A stretch of DNA of 64,000 bases from Malacoraja senta. Lineage: Eukaryota. Under the pieces are notes generated by a model, which ran no database searches, was not told the DNA's origin, and was given only the letters and a program-made list of their open reading frames with translations. The position numbers and the translations under genes are program-made. The stretch covers positions 496,001 to 560,000 of the forward strand of contig CM075994.1 of the NCBI GenBank assembly GCA_038087875.1, given 5' to 3'. This document shows positions 63,961-64,000 of the stretch, piece by piece. Every line of letters starts with the position of its first letter. Position 1 is the first letter of the stretch.

Positions 63961-64000
63961 ACCCGTAGTCAGGATCGAACCCGGGTCTCTGGCGCTGCAA

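Overview
Vertebrate genomic DNA, very probably from a cartilaginous fish (skate/ray type). This is inferred from the repeat content: CR1 LINEs with CTATGTAT/CTATTGT tails, HE1-type tRNA-derived SINEs, Rex1/Babar and Tx1 LINEs, and Penelope-derived repeats. Most of the window is transposon debris. Hidden among it is one complete 5-exon minus-strand gene that I assembled by hand from splice sites and phases: 48948-48855, 39994-39596, 28609-28469, 24812-24733 and 20171-20037 (849 nt, 282 aa). It encodes a type I membrane protein with a signal peptide, a single HEPACAM/CEACAM/CD2-type V-set Ig domain lacking the canonical F-strand Cys, a TM helix, and a tail with an ITSM/ITIM-like TTYCLL motif. 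Intron 2 holds a 4 x ~2.68 kb tandem array that carries three extra copies of the 3' half of the V exon, donor site intact. These differ from the intact exon at 13 nt (10 aa). A ~1 kb G-rich 22-mer minisatellite lies on the other side of the V exon. Other notable items: many minimal hammerhead ribozymes in Penelope-derived repeats (two clean inverted insertions with 15-bp TSDs), 33-40 bp P-like mini-MITEs, Tx1 elements stacked in (GA)n, a non-autonomous Helitron, a near-complete young CR1, and a 6.3 kb duplication across a 200-N gap that may be an uncollapsed haplotype.
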